DNA of 64,000 nt, taken from contig CAXEHI010000014.1 of assembly GCA_963996465.1 (NCBI GenBank), forward strand, positions 11,089 to 75,088, written 5' to 3'. The notes beneath the pieces were generated by a model. It was not told the DNA's origin. It saw only the letters and a list, made by a program, of their open reading frames with translations, and did not search any database. Below are positions 49,241-58,242 of this stretch, one piece after another (position 1 is the stretch's first letter; each line of letters begins with the position of its first letter). This DNA comes from an uncultured Thermoplasmata archaeon. GTDB lineage: Archaea > Thermoplasmatota > Poseidoniia > MGIII > CG-Epi1. Both the position numbers and the translations under genes were made by a program.

Positions 49241-50074
49241 CTAAGCAATTCCTATCACTTCACGCCAATCAATTCCAACAGTACGCAATCCTATTTTACA
49301 AACCGGAGGAAAAATTCGTTTGTGCACAGTACCTTTAATCATCTCTTTTACTTTCTTAATTTGTTCTTTTTCTACTTCCATCTTTTCAATTATTTTTTCG
49401 TCGTCAAATTTTCTTTCTAACCCCATTAAAATTCTATCAAGCTCACTATATTTCATTCCTATTTCCTGTTCGTCCGTTTGACCCTCCCACAATTCTGCTG
49501 TAGGTTTTCTATCTATTATTTTTCGGGGCACACCTATCTCTCTCGCTAATTGATACACTTGTGTTTTGTACAAATCCCCAATAGGTAATAGATCTGCACC
49601 ACCATCTCCCCATTTTGTATAATACCCTATCAATAATTCAGATTTATTAGAAGTCCCACTCACTAATTTATTCGTCTGATTCGATTTTGCATAAAGTAAA
49701 GACATTCTTATTCGGGCTTTCAAATTCCCTATTTCAGATTTATTTTCAAATAGTTCCGTTCGTCTCATAAACGTTGAAACAATAGAATTGATATCTATTA
49801 TTTCAATTTCTACATTCAAAGATTTTGCATGTTCTGTAGCCATAGCCGTCGATTCCGTTTCTCCATCCGGCATAATCATCCCAACTACCTTTTCATTTCC
49901 CAATGCATCAGTAACTAATTCTAACACAGTCGCTGAATCTATCCCTCCCGAAAGTCCAATCACTACACCCTCTCTTTCTGCTTCCATAACTCTCGTTTTT
50001 ATGAATGAGCGAATTATATTTCGTGTATCTGTTGGAAGATTCATTAAGACCTGATAATCACATAGTATAAACAA
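49241..50074 (-). CDS. nadE: NH3-dependent NAD+ synthetase
   Basis: PP-loop GLSGGIDSATV and NadE-family length (277 aa). Confidence 0.85.
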   Translation of the reverse strand: MFILCDYQVLMNLPTDTRNIIRSFIKTRVMEAEREGVVIGLSGGIDSATVLELVTDALGNEKVVGMIMPDGETESTAMATEHAKSLNVEIEIIDINSIVSTFMRRTELFENKSEIGNLKARIRMSLLYAKSNQTNKLVSGTSNKSELLIGYYTKWGDGGADLLPIGDLYKTQVYQLAREIGVPRKIIDRKPTAELWEGQTDEQEIGMKYSELDRILMGLERKFDDEKIIEKMEVEKEQIKKVKEMIKGTVHKRIFPPVCKIGLRTVGIDWREVIGIA

Positions 50075-50111
50075 ACAGTGTCTTTTATAGACTGCAAAGC
50101 TTGAGACAGAA

Positions 50112-50903
50112 GTGAAGCTGGCCGTTCTACAAGCTGAAGTTAGGAGGGGGGACGTAGTCTCAAATTTATCAACTGTAAAAAGATTGGTTGAAGAATCTAA
50201 GGAAGAAATAAATCTTCTAACTTTACCTGAATTATTTGTTACAGGTTACAATCTTAGAGATGGCTTGAACGACGTGGCAGAAACTATACCTGGAAACGGC
50301 CCCGCTTTGTCTGGTCTATGTGATTTAGCCGCCTCTCATAATATGTACATAGCTGCAGGAATGGTAGAAAAATCATCTGGAACTTTATACAATTGTGCTG
50401 TTTTCGTTGGACCCAATGGATACATAGGTCATTATCGCAAACAGTACCTTCCTAATTTTGGTCCATTCGAAGAAAAAACATATTTTGGAGAGGGTGAGGA
50501 TATTCACGTATTCGATACAGAGATAGGCAAGATAGGGATTCAAGTATGTTATGATCTTTTCTTTCCAAGGCAATCAACAGCATTAGCTCGAGGCGGTGCC
50601 GAAGTAATATTAAATTTAGCCGCCAGCCCCACAACATCTCGTCCGTTATTTCACAGAGTTCTTCCTGCCCGAGCGATAGAAACTACATGCTTCTGGGCTT
50701 TCGCTAACAATGTTGGCGTTCAAGGCTCATTGTCCTTTGCAGGCGAATCAACAATATATGATCCACGTGGAAAAGAGATAGCTACTATACCTAAGTTTGA
50801 AGAAGGAATAGCAGTAGCAGACATCTCATTGGATGACATTTCCACCTTTAGAGATTTGAGGCCAGTGTTACGAGATGGAGCTTTACGTGAAGAAACTTTA
50901 TAG
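50112..50903 (+). CDS. Carbon-nitrogen hydrolase (nitrilase-superfamily amidohydrolase)
   Basis: The catalytic Cys context is GIQVCYDLFFP, and the Glu/Lys blocks of the CN-hydrolase fold are present. 263 aa. Confidence 0.8.
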   Translation: MKLAVLQAEVRRGDVVSNLSTVKRLVEESKEEINLLTLPELFVTGYNLRDGLNDVAETIPGNGPALSGLCDLAASHNMYIAAGMVEKSSGTLYNCAVFVGPNGYIGHYRKQYLPNFGPFEEKTYFGEGEDIHVFDTEIGKIGIQVCYDLFFPRQSTALARGGAEVILNLAASPTTSRPLFHRVLPARAIETTCFWAFANNVGVQGSLSFAGESTIYDPRGKEIATIPKFEEGIAVADISLDDISTFRDLRPVLRDGALREETL

Positions 50904-51737
50904 ATAAAATTTCATACCTTCCGTACCAATTTCCCATCCCATTTCTATAACCTTTTTGTATTCTTCCGTTTCCTCGTTTAGAACTGGGTTTGTATGATTA
51001 AAATGTACAAATACAATTCTAGGATCATCTTTCTTACTCACTCCAATTCTTTCCAGCGTTTCTTCAATCGATGGATGTTTCACATCTTCTTGCGAGCGGT
51101 GCTTTATTTCTTTATCATTCCAAAACGTTCCATCAATCAGAGCTATATCTATTTCACAACTTTTCAACCAATCTTTTATCGATTCAAATCCAACAGATTC
51201 AAGAGTTTCATTCCAAGTATCATGATCTGGCATAAACAATAATTTGTTTTCTATCCCTTCAATTATCAGTGCGTGATTGTCTCCAAGTTCATCTCTATGC
51301 GGTATCTCCACTGGTGTTATTTTTAAGTTTTCATTTCTCACCCCCCAATCTCCAAATACTAAATTTTCATTTTCTAATAGAAGTTTTAATGAGGGCGTTT
51401 TTTCTATATTTTCAGAAACTTTTTTTGAGCAATGCAAAGTCGCTCTTTTTGTATTCATCGATTCAGTTCCAAATTGACCAAGCCCATCAATATGCCCAAG
51501 GTGTACATGCGTTATCCAAACACTTCTCGGTATTTTATTACCGACCATCGTAAGTTGCTTTCCAATCATTCTACTAGCTTCTATTAGATGTAAATTATCT
51601 TTCTCTATAACTCCTAACGACACCGGCGTTTTCCATAGTTCTGGTTTAGAGTGTATGTCTACACAACAATCTAGATTGCAACCCGCTTGAGGTCTTCCCC
51701 CATCTTGAGCAATACCTAGTAAAACAACCTCAACCAT
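50898..51737 (-). CDS. Metallo-beta-lactamase-fold protein, PqqB-like
   Basis: The N-terminus LLGIAQDGGRPQAGCNLDCC resembles the PqqB LGSAAGGGFPQWNC block, and HVHLGHIDG is the MBL HxHxDH motif. Confidence 0.55.
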   Translation of the reverse strand: MVEVVLLGIAQDGGRPQAGCNLDCCVDIHSKPELWKTPVSLGVIEKDNLHLIEASRMIGKQLTMVGNKIPRSVWITHVHLGHIDGLGQFGTESMNTKRATLHCSKKVSENIEKTPSLKLLLENENLVFGDWGVRNENLKITPVEIPHRDELGDNHALIIEGIENKLLFMPDHDTWNETLESVGFESIKDWLKSCEIDIALIDGTFWNDKEIKHRSQEDVKHPSIEETLERIGVSKKDDPRIVFVHFNHTNPVLNEETEEYKKVIEMGWEIGTEGMKFYL

Positions 51738-51990
51738 TTTTTTCCTTTCCCCATATTTTTTCTTTAACTAAAGCTACAGCTTCTGCCACTTCATCAGCCC
51801 TATTTACTCTATTCCAAATTTTTATTTTACTTATTTTATGTCTTTTTCTACAACCATTACAACCGTAACTCACTTTCCCCTCAATTTCTATACCTTGTAT
51901 CTGCATACATTTAGGACAAACAACTATTCCGTACACAATGCCTCCTAAGGAGCGGGTACCAAAGAGTTTTTGTCGGGCCCCTTTCCTCAC
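51730..51990 (-). CDS. Hypothetical small zinc-ribbon protein
   Basis: 86 aa with CPKC...CNGC pairs. Confidence 0.35.
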   Translation of the reverse strand: MRKGARQKLFGTRSLGGIVYGIVVCPKCMQIQGIEIEGKVSYGCNGCRKRHKISKIKIWNRVNRADEVAEAVALVKEKIWGKEKNG

Positions 51991-51997
51991 TATTCAG

Positions 51998-53341
51998 ATG
52001 ACATATCCTGAATTCCCAGATTCAGATAACTTTACCACAATCGGTGATATCCTAAATGGGGTAGTAGATGGCAAATCGATTTCCGTAAGAGGTTGGATTT
52101 ACAGGACACGTTCATCGGGCAAACTATCCTTCATAGTTTTACGAGACAGTACTGGAATTATACAATCAGTAGTCTCCTCTGATTCTGTTTCAGAATCCAG
52201 TTTTACTGCTTCAAAAAAAGCTCTAGTTGAATCTTCAGTGTTAGTTACTGGAACGCCAATAAAGGACGAAAGAGCACCCGGCGGCTGGGAACTTAAAGCC
52301 TCTAATTTTGAAGTACTTCATTATGCCGATACTTTCCCAATTACTAAAGATCAAAGCGATGAACATTTGCTGAACAATAGGCATCTCTGGCTCCGAAGTC
52401 GTGACATGGTCTCATGTCTAAAAATACGTTCAACAATCTTTCAAGCTTTTAGAAATTATTGGATTTCTTTGGGCTATGCCGAAGTGCAATCTCCAAGTTT
52501 TACTACCAGTGCATGTGAAGGAGGCTCTACTCTTTTCAACGTTTCATATGATGATCACAATGAAAAATCAGGACAAAAATTTTATGCTCATTTAAGTCAA
52601 TCTTGGCAACTTTATGCCGAAGCTACAATGTTCGGTTTAGAGAAAATTTTCACCGTCGCTCCATCATTCAGAGCAGAAAAATCTAGAACTAGACGCCATC
52701 TCACTGAATTCTGGCACGCCGAAGTAGAAGCTGCCTGGACTCATAATCATCAAATGATGGAATTAGAAGAAGGTATGATCAATACTATTTTGAATGAAGT
52801 ATTGTCTAATAATCTTTCCGAATTAGAACACCTCGGTAGAGATATTTCTCTATTACAAAATGTCAAAGGGCCATTCGAAAAGATGAAATATTCTGATGTA
52901 ATAGATGAATTGAATTCTTTAGGTTTTGATTTATCTTGGGGGGATGATTTCGGCTATAAAGAAGAGAAAGCCCTTACAAGTTCTAGAACTCAACCTCTAT
53001 TCATAACTCATTTTCCAAAGGAGAAAGGATTCTATCACCGTCCCGATCCCGAAGACCCCAAATCATTAGTTTGTCATGATTTATTAGCTCCTGAAGGTTA
53101 TGGGGAGATTATCGGTGGAGGTGAAAGAATTTGGTCACCCGATGAATTAGATACTAGAATTCGAGAAGAAGGAATGGAACCGGCTTCATATGGTTGGTAT
53201 ATGGATTTACGCAAGTATGGCTCCGTCCCTCATTCAGGCTTCGGTTTAGGTTTAGATAGGTTAACTAGTTGGATTTGTGGTGCAGAACATATTAAGAATG
53301 TAATTCCATTTCCAAGAACAATGAGACGTACTAATCCTTGA
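51998..53341 (+). CDS. asnS: Asparaginyl-tRNA synthetase (class IIb; AspRS cannot be fully excluded)
   Basis: Motif 2 FRAEKSRTRRHLTEFWHAEVE has the EFW context favouring AsnRS, and motif 3 is GFGLGLDRL. The ORF-track start at 51938 overlaps the upstream gene, so MTYPEF at 51998 is the more likely start. Confidence 0.65.
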   Translation: MTYPEFPDSDNFTTIGDILNGVVDGKSISVRGWIYRTRSSGKLSFIVLRDSTGIIQSVVSSDSVSESSFTASKKALVESSVLVTGTPIKDERAPGGWELKASNFEVLHYADTFPITKDQSDEHLLNNRHLWLRSRDMVSCLKIRSTIFQAFRNYWISLGYAEVQSPSFTTSACEGGSTLFNVSYDDHNEKSGQKFYAHLSQSWQLYAEATMFGLEKIFTVAPSFRAEKSRTRRHLTEFWHAEVEAAWTHNHQMMELEEGMINTILNEVLSNNLSELEHLGRDISLLQNVKGPFEKMKYSDVIDELNSLGFDLSWGDDFGYKEEKALTSSRTQPLFITHFPKEKGFYHRPDPEDPKSLVCHDLLAPEGYGEIIGGGERIWSPDELDTRIREEGMEPASYGWYMDLRKYGSVPHSGFGLGLDRLTSWICGAEHIKNVIPFPRTMRRTNP

Positions 53342-54046
53342 TTAATATTTTCCAAGTCGTTCTATTAAGTCAGCTTTCTTTCCACTAACTTTCATTTTTT
53401 TATCTCGGAGCATTTCTTTTAATTCCTTTACGGTTTTCTGCTCTAAATTATCTTCTTCCTCTTCTTCAACAACATCTTCTTCCTCTTCCGCAGTCTCTTC
53501 TTCTTTTTCTTCTACTGTTTCTTCAGGCGTTGAGATTTCTCTTTCAGGGACTTCCAGGTTTCTAAATTTTAGAACTCTACCTGCTCCCATTCTTTTCATT
53601 TCATCTCCACTATCTAGTATTTTCTCTATTTCTGGCATTGCACTTTCTCCCATCTCACTCAGCGATTTTGCCGCACGTAGTCTAACGTGTTTGTCTTCGT
53701 CAGATAACGTTTGAATCAATGCTTCTATAGCTTTGTTAGAATCGAATTTTCTTAGACCTTTAACAGCATGCCATCTAACTTTGGAATCTTCACTCTGTGT
53801 GCCCAATATGAGATAGGGCATCCCTTTAGAGGATTTTATTCTTCCAATCATATCCATTGAAGCTCTCTGAACGTCACTGTCTTCATTGCCTATTCCTTCA
53901 TTAACTAAACTAACCAATGCCGCTTCTCCCATTTTTCCAAACTCAGTCATAGCTTCTCTTCTAGTTTTCGAATCTCCAATCATGGTGATTAAACTTTGAT
54001 TTTCAAGATTGTTCGACTGCTCATTCGTCTCTTCATTCTCTTCCAT
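53342..54046 (-). CDS. HEAT/PBS-lyase-like repeat protein with a C-terminal SAP DNA-binding motif
   Basis: Repeated ..D..V.VR..A...L blocks (DSDVQRASMDMIGRI, DSKVRWHAVKGLRKF, DKHVRLRAAKSLSEM), an acidic linker (EEEEDVVEEEEED), and a terminal KTVKELKEMLRDKKMKVSGKKADLIERLGKY that matches the SAP consensus. Confidence 0.5.
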   Translation of the reverse strand: MEENEETNEQSNNLENQSLITMIGDSKTRREAMTEFGKMGEAALVSLVNEGIGNEDSDVQRASMDMIGRIKSSKGMPYLILGTQSEDSKVRWHAVKGLRKFDSNKAIEALIQTLSDEDKHVRLRAAKSLSEMGESAMPEIEKILDSGDEMKRMGAGRVLKFRNLEVPEREISTPEETVEEKEEETAEEEEDVVEEEEEDNLEQKTVKELKEMLRDKKMKVSGKKADLIERLGKY

Positions 54047-54121
54047 GCTTACTACGGCTTACTGAATTTGTCTATATAACTTTGCTAGACACTAATTTAA
54101 ACATTTACTCATACGTTATTT

Positions 54122-55438
54122 GTGTTAGTTTCCAATTTGTTCAAAGTATTATCAGAATATTATCTCTGTTTATCTTGTATGGGTCGCCAAGTGGGGATGG
54201 TGGGTTCTGGCCTAACAAATCTTGAGCGTGGCATCTCTCTTTTAGAACATAAATACTTTTTAGACAATTCAAAAAAGGAAAATTTAACTACAGTTCAAGA
54301 GAAAATAGGAGATAATCAATTTGTGTTTATAGATATCGACAAATCTAACTCTTCTCATTTATCAGGTGATACGGATTGTGAACTCTGTTTAGGAGTATTA
54401 ACAGAAAAAGAAAATTTCGTAGATATTGCAATGTCGGCTGTTTCTGATTATTCATTTTCAACATTTGAAATCGGAAGTATAGTTGATAAAAAAATATTAG
54501 AATTTGAGAATAAAATTCAAGAGTCTCTAGGAGAAAATTTAGGAGAATCAATCAAAACACAAATTAATAGAGAAGTCGGAATCCTTCTCTCCAAAAAAAT
54601 GGACATTCGTTTGGAGAGACCAAATCCCGAGATTACTATTTTGATAGATACTCTTTACGGTGTAGCCGAACCAACTGTACGTTCTCTTTTCATAGAAGGT
54701 CGTTATGTGAAGTTGGATCGCACAATACCCCAAACACGCTGGCCGTGTAGAAAATGTAGAGGTAGAGGCTGTTCATTATGTAACGAGACAGGCCAGACTT
54801 ATCCAGAATCAGTACAATCATTAATAGCAAAACCATTTTTGGAAAGCAGTCTTTCTATTTTCGATTCTTTTCACGGTATGGGTAGGGAGGATATAGATGC
54901 CAGGATGTTGGGGGATGGTCGACCATTTGTCTTAGAATTAAAAACACCAAAAAAACGAACATTAGATTTAGATTCTCTTCAATCTCTAGTCAACAATGAA
55001 AATGAAGGTAGAGTTTCAATATCACATTTGATGTTAGTGGATAAGAAAAGAGTTAGAGAATTAAAAAACACTTCTTGTGATAAGCTATATCGAGCAAAGG
55101 TATCTTTCGAGCCCCCTATTTCAAAGGAAAAGCTTAAGAAAGGGGCGGCTGCGTTGACCGGCACAGTCGTCGAGCAGAGAACCCCAAAACGTGTTTCTCA
55201 TCGCCGTTCAGACTTGATAAGAAAGCGAGGTATAAGGGATGTCGATATTATCGATTTCTCAGACGACCACGCAGTCTTGGAAATCTGTGCAGAGCATGGG
55301 ACTTACATTAAGGAATTGGTCAGTGGTGATGAAGGTCGCACAGAACCGAACTTCTCAGGTCTCGTAGACTCGCAATGTAAGGTCGAGCGATTGGATGTCG
55401 TTCAACTTTATTTAGAAGAAACCGAGGTAGAAAAATGA
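54122..55438 (+). CDS. pus10: tRNA pseudouridine(54/55) synthase Pus10
   Basis: N-terminal Zn-binding CLSCMGRQ, a second CRKCRGRGCSLC cluster, and the catalytic block GREDIDARMLGDGRPFVLEL. The start is GTG at 54122 according to the ORF track. Confidence 0.7.
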   Translation: MLVSNLFKVLSEYYLCLSCMGRQVGMVGSGLTNLERGISLLEHKYFLDNSKKENLTTVQEKIGDNQFVFIDIDKSNSSHLSGDTDCELCLGVLTEKENFVDIAMSAVSDYSFSTFEIGSIVDKKILEFENKIQESLGENLGESIKTQINREVGILLSKKMDIRLERPNPEITILIDTLYGVAEPTVRSLFIEGRYVKLDRTIPQTRWPCRKCRGRGCSLCNETGQTYPESVQSLIAKPFLESSLSIFDSFHGMGREDIDARMLGDGRPFVLELKTPKKRTLDLDSLQSLVNNENEGRVSISHLMLVDKKRVRELKNTSCDKLYRAKVSFEPPISKEKLKKGAAALTGTVVEQRTPKRVSHRRSDLIRKRGIRDVDIIDFSDDHAVLEICAEHGTYIKELVSGDEGRTEPNFSGLVDSQCKVERLDVVQLYLEETEVEK

Positions 55439-55725
55439 AACGTTCGCGTGGTCTAAGAAGTGCATCTAGAAAAAAACTCTCTAAAAGTATTCGAGATAAG
55501 GGCCTTTCTCCAATTACTAGGTCACTAATCAAGTACACTGAAGGCGAGAAAGTTAGTATAGTAATCGATCCATCTATTCAGAAGGGCCAACCTCATTCAC
55601 GCTTTCATGGTTTAACTGGAGAAGTAATAGGTACTCAGGGACAGGCTTATCTAGTCAAAACACGTATCGGAAAAATGTACAAGGAACTAATAGTACGTTC
55701 CGAACATTTAAGAAAGGCAAATTAG
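55435..55725 (+). CDS. rpl21e: 50S ribosomal protein L21e
   Basis: 96 aa. MKRSRGLRSASRKKL...FHGLTGEVIG is typical of eL21. Confidence 0.85.
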   Translation: MKRSRGLRSASRKKLSKSIRDKGLSPITRSLIKYTEGEKVSIVIDPSIQKGQPHSRFHGLTGEVIGTQGQAYLVKTRIGKMYKELIVRSEHLRKAN

Positions 55726-55738
55726 GAGAATTATTATC

Positions 55739-56239
55739 ATGTCGGAAGAACCACAACCACTCACTTTATCTGAAGTCAAAATCCTCTTTTCAGATGAGCT
55801 ATCTAGACGAGAAAATCGTCTAAGATGTGTCGAATGTGGTCATTTTCAACCAGTTCCAGAAGTTGAGGAAGTTCCCGAAGCTCCAGCTTCCGAATCAACA
55901 GAAGATTCAGAAGATGAAGTGGAAGGTCCAAAAGGTCCAACTTGTGATTCTTGCGGTTCAGATAAAATGATGCTTAATGAACAGATAAAATATGAACACA
56001 ACTTGGCATTAGATCATGTTCAAAAGATTTCTTCTTCAAAATTAGAAAATTCAAAAGCTATAGTAGAGGGCGTTCAAGATTTAGAACACGTCAATAATTA
56101 TTACGCAACTAAAATTGCAGACATTTTACCTCAATCACCAGATGAAGTTAGAGCATTATTTGCTAGAGAAAGATTTACTTTAGGCAATGATGAAATAGCA
56201 CAAATAATCACGGCCGTCAAGGATAATTTAGGGGAGTGA
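55739..56239 (+). CDS. rpoF: Probable RNA polymerase subunit F (Rpb4-like) with an inserted C4 zinc ribbon and acidic linker
   Basis: The rpl21e-rpoF-DUF655 gene order is conserved in archaea. The C-terminal alpha-helical HRDC-like region is VRALFARERFTLGNDEIAQIITAVKDNL. A CVEC...CDSC ribbon flanks an acidic stretch. Confidence 0.45.
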   Translation: MSEEPQPLTLSEVKILFSDELSRRENRLRCVECGHFQPVPEVEEVPEAPASESTEDSEDEVEGPKGPTCDSCGSDKMMLNEQIKYEHNLALDHVQKISSSKLENSKAIVEGVQDLEHVNNYYATKIADILPQSPDEVRALFARERFTLGNDEIAQIITAVKDNLGE

Positions 56240-56243
56240 TTTT

Positions 56244-56783
56244 TTGGAAGAGTTCGCATTTTTATTAGATATATTACCGGAAGGTAGGCCTGATAGTCAA
56301 AGAAGATTTAGAAGAGAGGCTATCGTTTATGGTATCGGTTCAGAAGAATATAAAATTTTTGAAATGGAGCCAGTTAAAGGAGCTTCTCTTTCTATAGGTG
56401 ATAAAGTCTATATCGGAAAAGATCATGAACTAAGAAAGGAAATCGAATCCGTAAAAGCCAGAGTTAAATATAACGATTTAACACATACCGCTCAGTCTGA
56501 ATTGCCTTTCATTCTTGACGAAATCATAAAATCTCAAGAAGAAAAATTCGTTCAATTTTTCAACAATGCTGGGCCAATTTCAAGAAGATATCATTCTTTA
56601 GAATTACTTCCAGGTTTAGGTAAAAAAACAATGCAGGGCATGATTGCCAGTCGCCCATTTTCTTCCTTTCAAGAGATAGAAGATAACGTTCAAGGTTTCA
56701 AAAATCCAGCTAAGTACATATCTGCACGTATAGAGCATGAAATCAAAGTACAAGATCAAAAATACAGATTATTCGTTCGTTAG
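56244..56783 (+). CDS. DUF655-family protein (S1-like plus helix-hairpin-helix nucleic-acid-binding protein)
   Basis: The N-terminus FAFLLDILPEGRP... and the HhH region LELLPGLGKKTMQGMIASRP are typical of archaeal DUF655 proteins encoded next to rpoF. Confidence 0.6.
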   Translation: MEEFAFLLDILPEGRPDSQRRFRREAIVYGIGSEEYKIFEMEPVKGASLSIGDKVYIGKDHELRKEIESVKARVKYNDLTHTAQSELPFILDEIIKSQEEKFVQFFNNAGPISRRYHSLELLPGLGKKTMQGMIASRPFSSFQEIEDNVQGFKNPAKYISARIEHEIKVQDQKYRLFVR

Positions 56784-57925
56784 TATTCTCCACTTCCATC
56801 CATTTTCATTATTTCTCTAGCTTCTGAAACACAATAGAAAGATCCAGTTATCAGTGTTTTTTCATCATCTATCGATTTTATCGCATCTTCAATCGAATCA
56901 TAACTTCTGTATTTATTTTGATTGAGTTCAGCAGCCTTTATCATCTCTTTTACAGCCATTCCTCTTTTATTTTTCATAGGACTTAACAACAATTCAACAT
57001 TTTTTGGTATTGTAGAAATCATTCTCTCAACATCTTTATCTTTCATACAAGAAAAGATTACGTTCTCTATTTTTTCTAAACTCTTCATCAATCTTTCCAA
57101 GGCTTGAAAATTGTGAGCACCATCAAGTATGAAATTATCGTGTTTTTCCATTCTACCTGGAATCTCTATCCTTCTTTTTTCATATCTCACCCCTAATAGT
57201 TTCGATACCTGTTCTGTCCATTCATCTGAATCATCACCAAACTGTATCTGAACGCATTTTGGTATATATCTCCAATTTTCTTTTTGCCATCCTGTAATAA
57301 CTTCACTATATTCTTTCACAATCTTACCTTTTGTTGTACCTATCTTCTCTATCGTATTGCCTAAATATTCTATATGATCTAAACCCAATGTCGTTAGGAC
57401 TACAATATCTCCCCTTCCAATGTTAACAGCATCAAATTCACCACCCATTCCAACTTCCATCACTGCTAGATTTACTTTATTGTTTTCAAAGTAAAGATAT
57501 GCCATGGCGGTCGTAATCTCAAAATACGTTACGAGGATTCCATTCTTTTCTACTACTCTTTTAACCCGATTAAAGATTTCAACGAATTCATTCTTTTCAA
57601 TTATTTTTCCATCGATTCGAAACCGTTCCCTTATTGTATGTAAATGAGGTGAAGTAAAACATCCAACTTTCAGATTATTATTTTTAATCAAATCTTCAAG
57701 TTTGTAGCATGTGGTTCCTTTTCCATTGGTACCTCCTACTATTATCGTTTTTAATTTTTTTTCAGGATTACCAAGTTTTTTCATTATCGCTTCGATTCTT
57801 TCAAGACCGGGTTTTATTACAAATTCTCCAATTCTCTCTAGTTCATCTAGGCATTTGTAGTATTCTTTATTCTTACTCAATTGTTTCCCATTCCATATCT
57901 CTTTCCGTAAGTATTCCCTGATCAC
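56780..57925 (-). CDS. folC: Folylpolyglutamate synthase / dihydrofolate synthase (Mur-ligase family)
   Basis: P-loop GGTNGKGTT and Mur-ligase middle and C-terminal domains. 381 aa. Confidence 0.8.
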   Translation of the reverse strand: MIREYLRKEIWNGKQLSKNKEYYKCLDELERIGEFVIKPGLERIEAIMKKLGNPEKKLKTIIVGGTNGKGTTCYKLEDLIKNNNLKVGCFTSPHLHTIRERFRIDGKIIEKNEFVEIFNRVKRVVEKNGILVTYFEITTAMAYLYFENNKVNLAVMEVGMGGEFDAVNIGRGDIVVLTTLGLDHIEYLGNTIEKIGTTKGKIVKEYSEVITGWQKENWRYIPKCVQIQFGDDSDEWTEQVSKLLGVRYEKRRIEIPGRMEKHDNFILDGAHNFQALERLMKSLEKIENVIFSCMKDKDVERMISTIPKNVELLLSPMKNKRGMAVKEMIKAAELNQNKYRSYDSIEDAIKSIDDEKTLITGSFYCVSEAREIMKMDGSGEY

Positions 57926-58163
57926 GGAGCAATGCTAGAAATTTATCAGTAGAAACGCCAGTTATTTCAGCTCCCTTCGTCAGGGTAACTGTGCCCATTT
58001 TGTATAATGCAACACCAGATGCTTGTTTCAAATTAGGCTTTTTTTCTAATAAGAATCTAAGGGCTTCTTTAACTACGTCAGAACGGCTACTAAAGTGCCC
58101 TGACTCGACGAGACCCTCTATTTGCGAGACCAATAATTTGGGTAGTGAATAGGATTGACTCAT
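57873..58163 (-). CDS. Ribbon-helix-helix (CopG/Arc-like) DNA-binding protein with a C-terminal UPF0175-like region
   Basis: 96 aa. The N-terminal RHH pattern is LPKLLVSQIEGLVESGHFSSRSDVVKEALRFLLEK. It overlaps the folC 5' end in another frame, and it is divergent from the giant adhesin gene. Confidence 0.4.
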   Translation of the reverse strand: MSQSYSLPKLLVSQIEGLVESGHFSSRSDVVKEALRFLLEKKPNLKQASGVALYKMGTVTLTKGAEITGVSTDKFLALLRDQGILTERDMEWETIE

Positions 58164-58205
58164 AAAATAATAATTAATAATTATTATTAATAGTTATTTC
58201 ACAAG

Positions 58206-58214
58206 CTTTATATG
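58206..58214 (+). promoter_or_regulatory. Candidate TATA box for the giant adhesin gene
   Basis: CTTTATATG lies about 29-37 nt upstream of the ATG at 58243. It is preceded by a 36-nt pure A/T tract containing the 12-bp palindrome TAATAATTATTA (58175-58186). Confidence 0.3.
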
Positions 58215-58242
58215 CGGTGCATACGTAAACGCGAAGGGTGCG

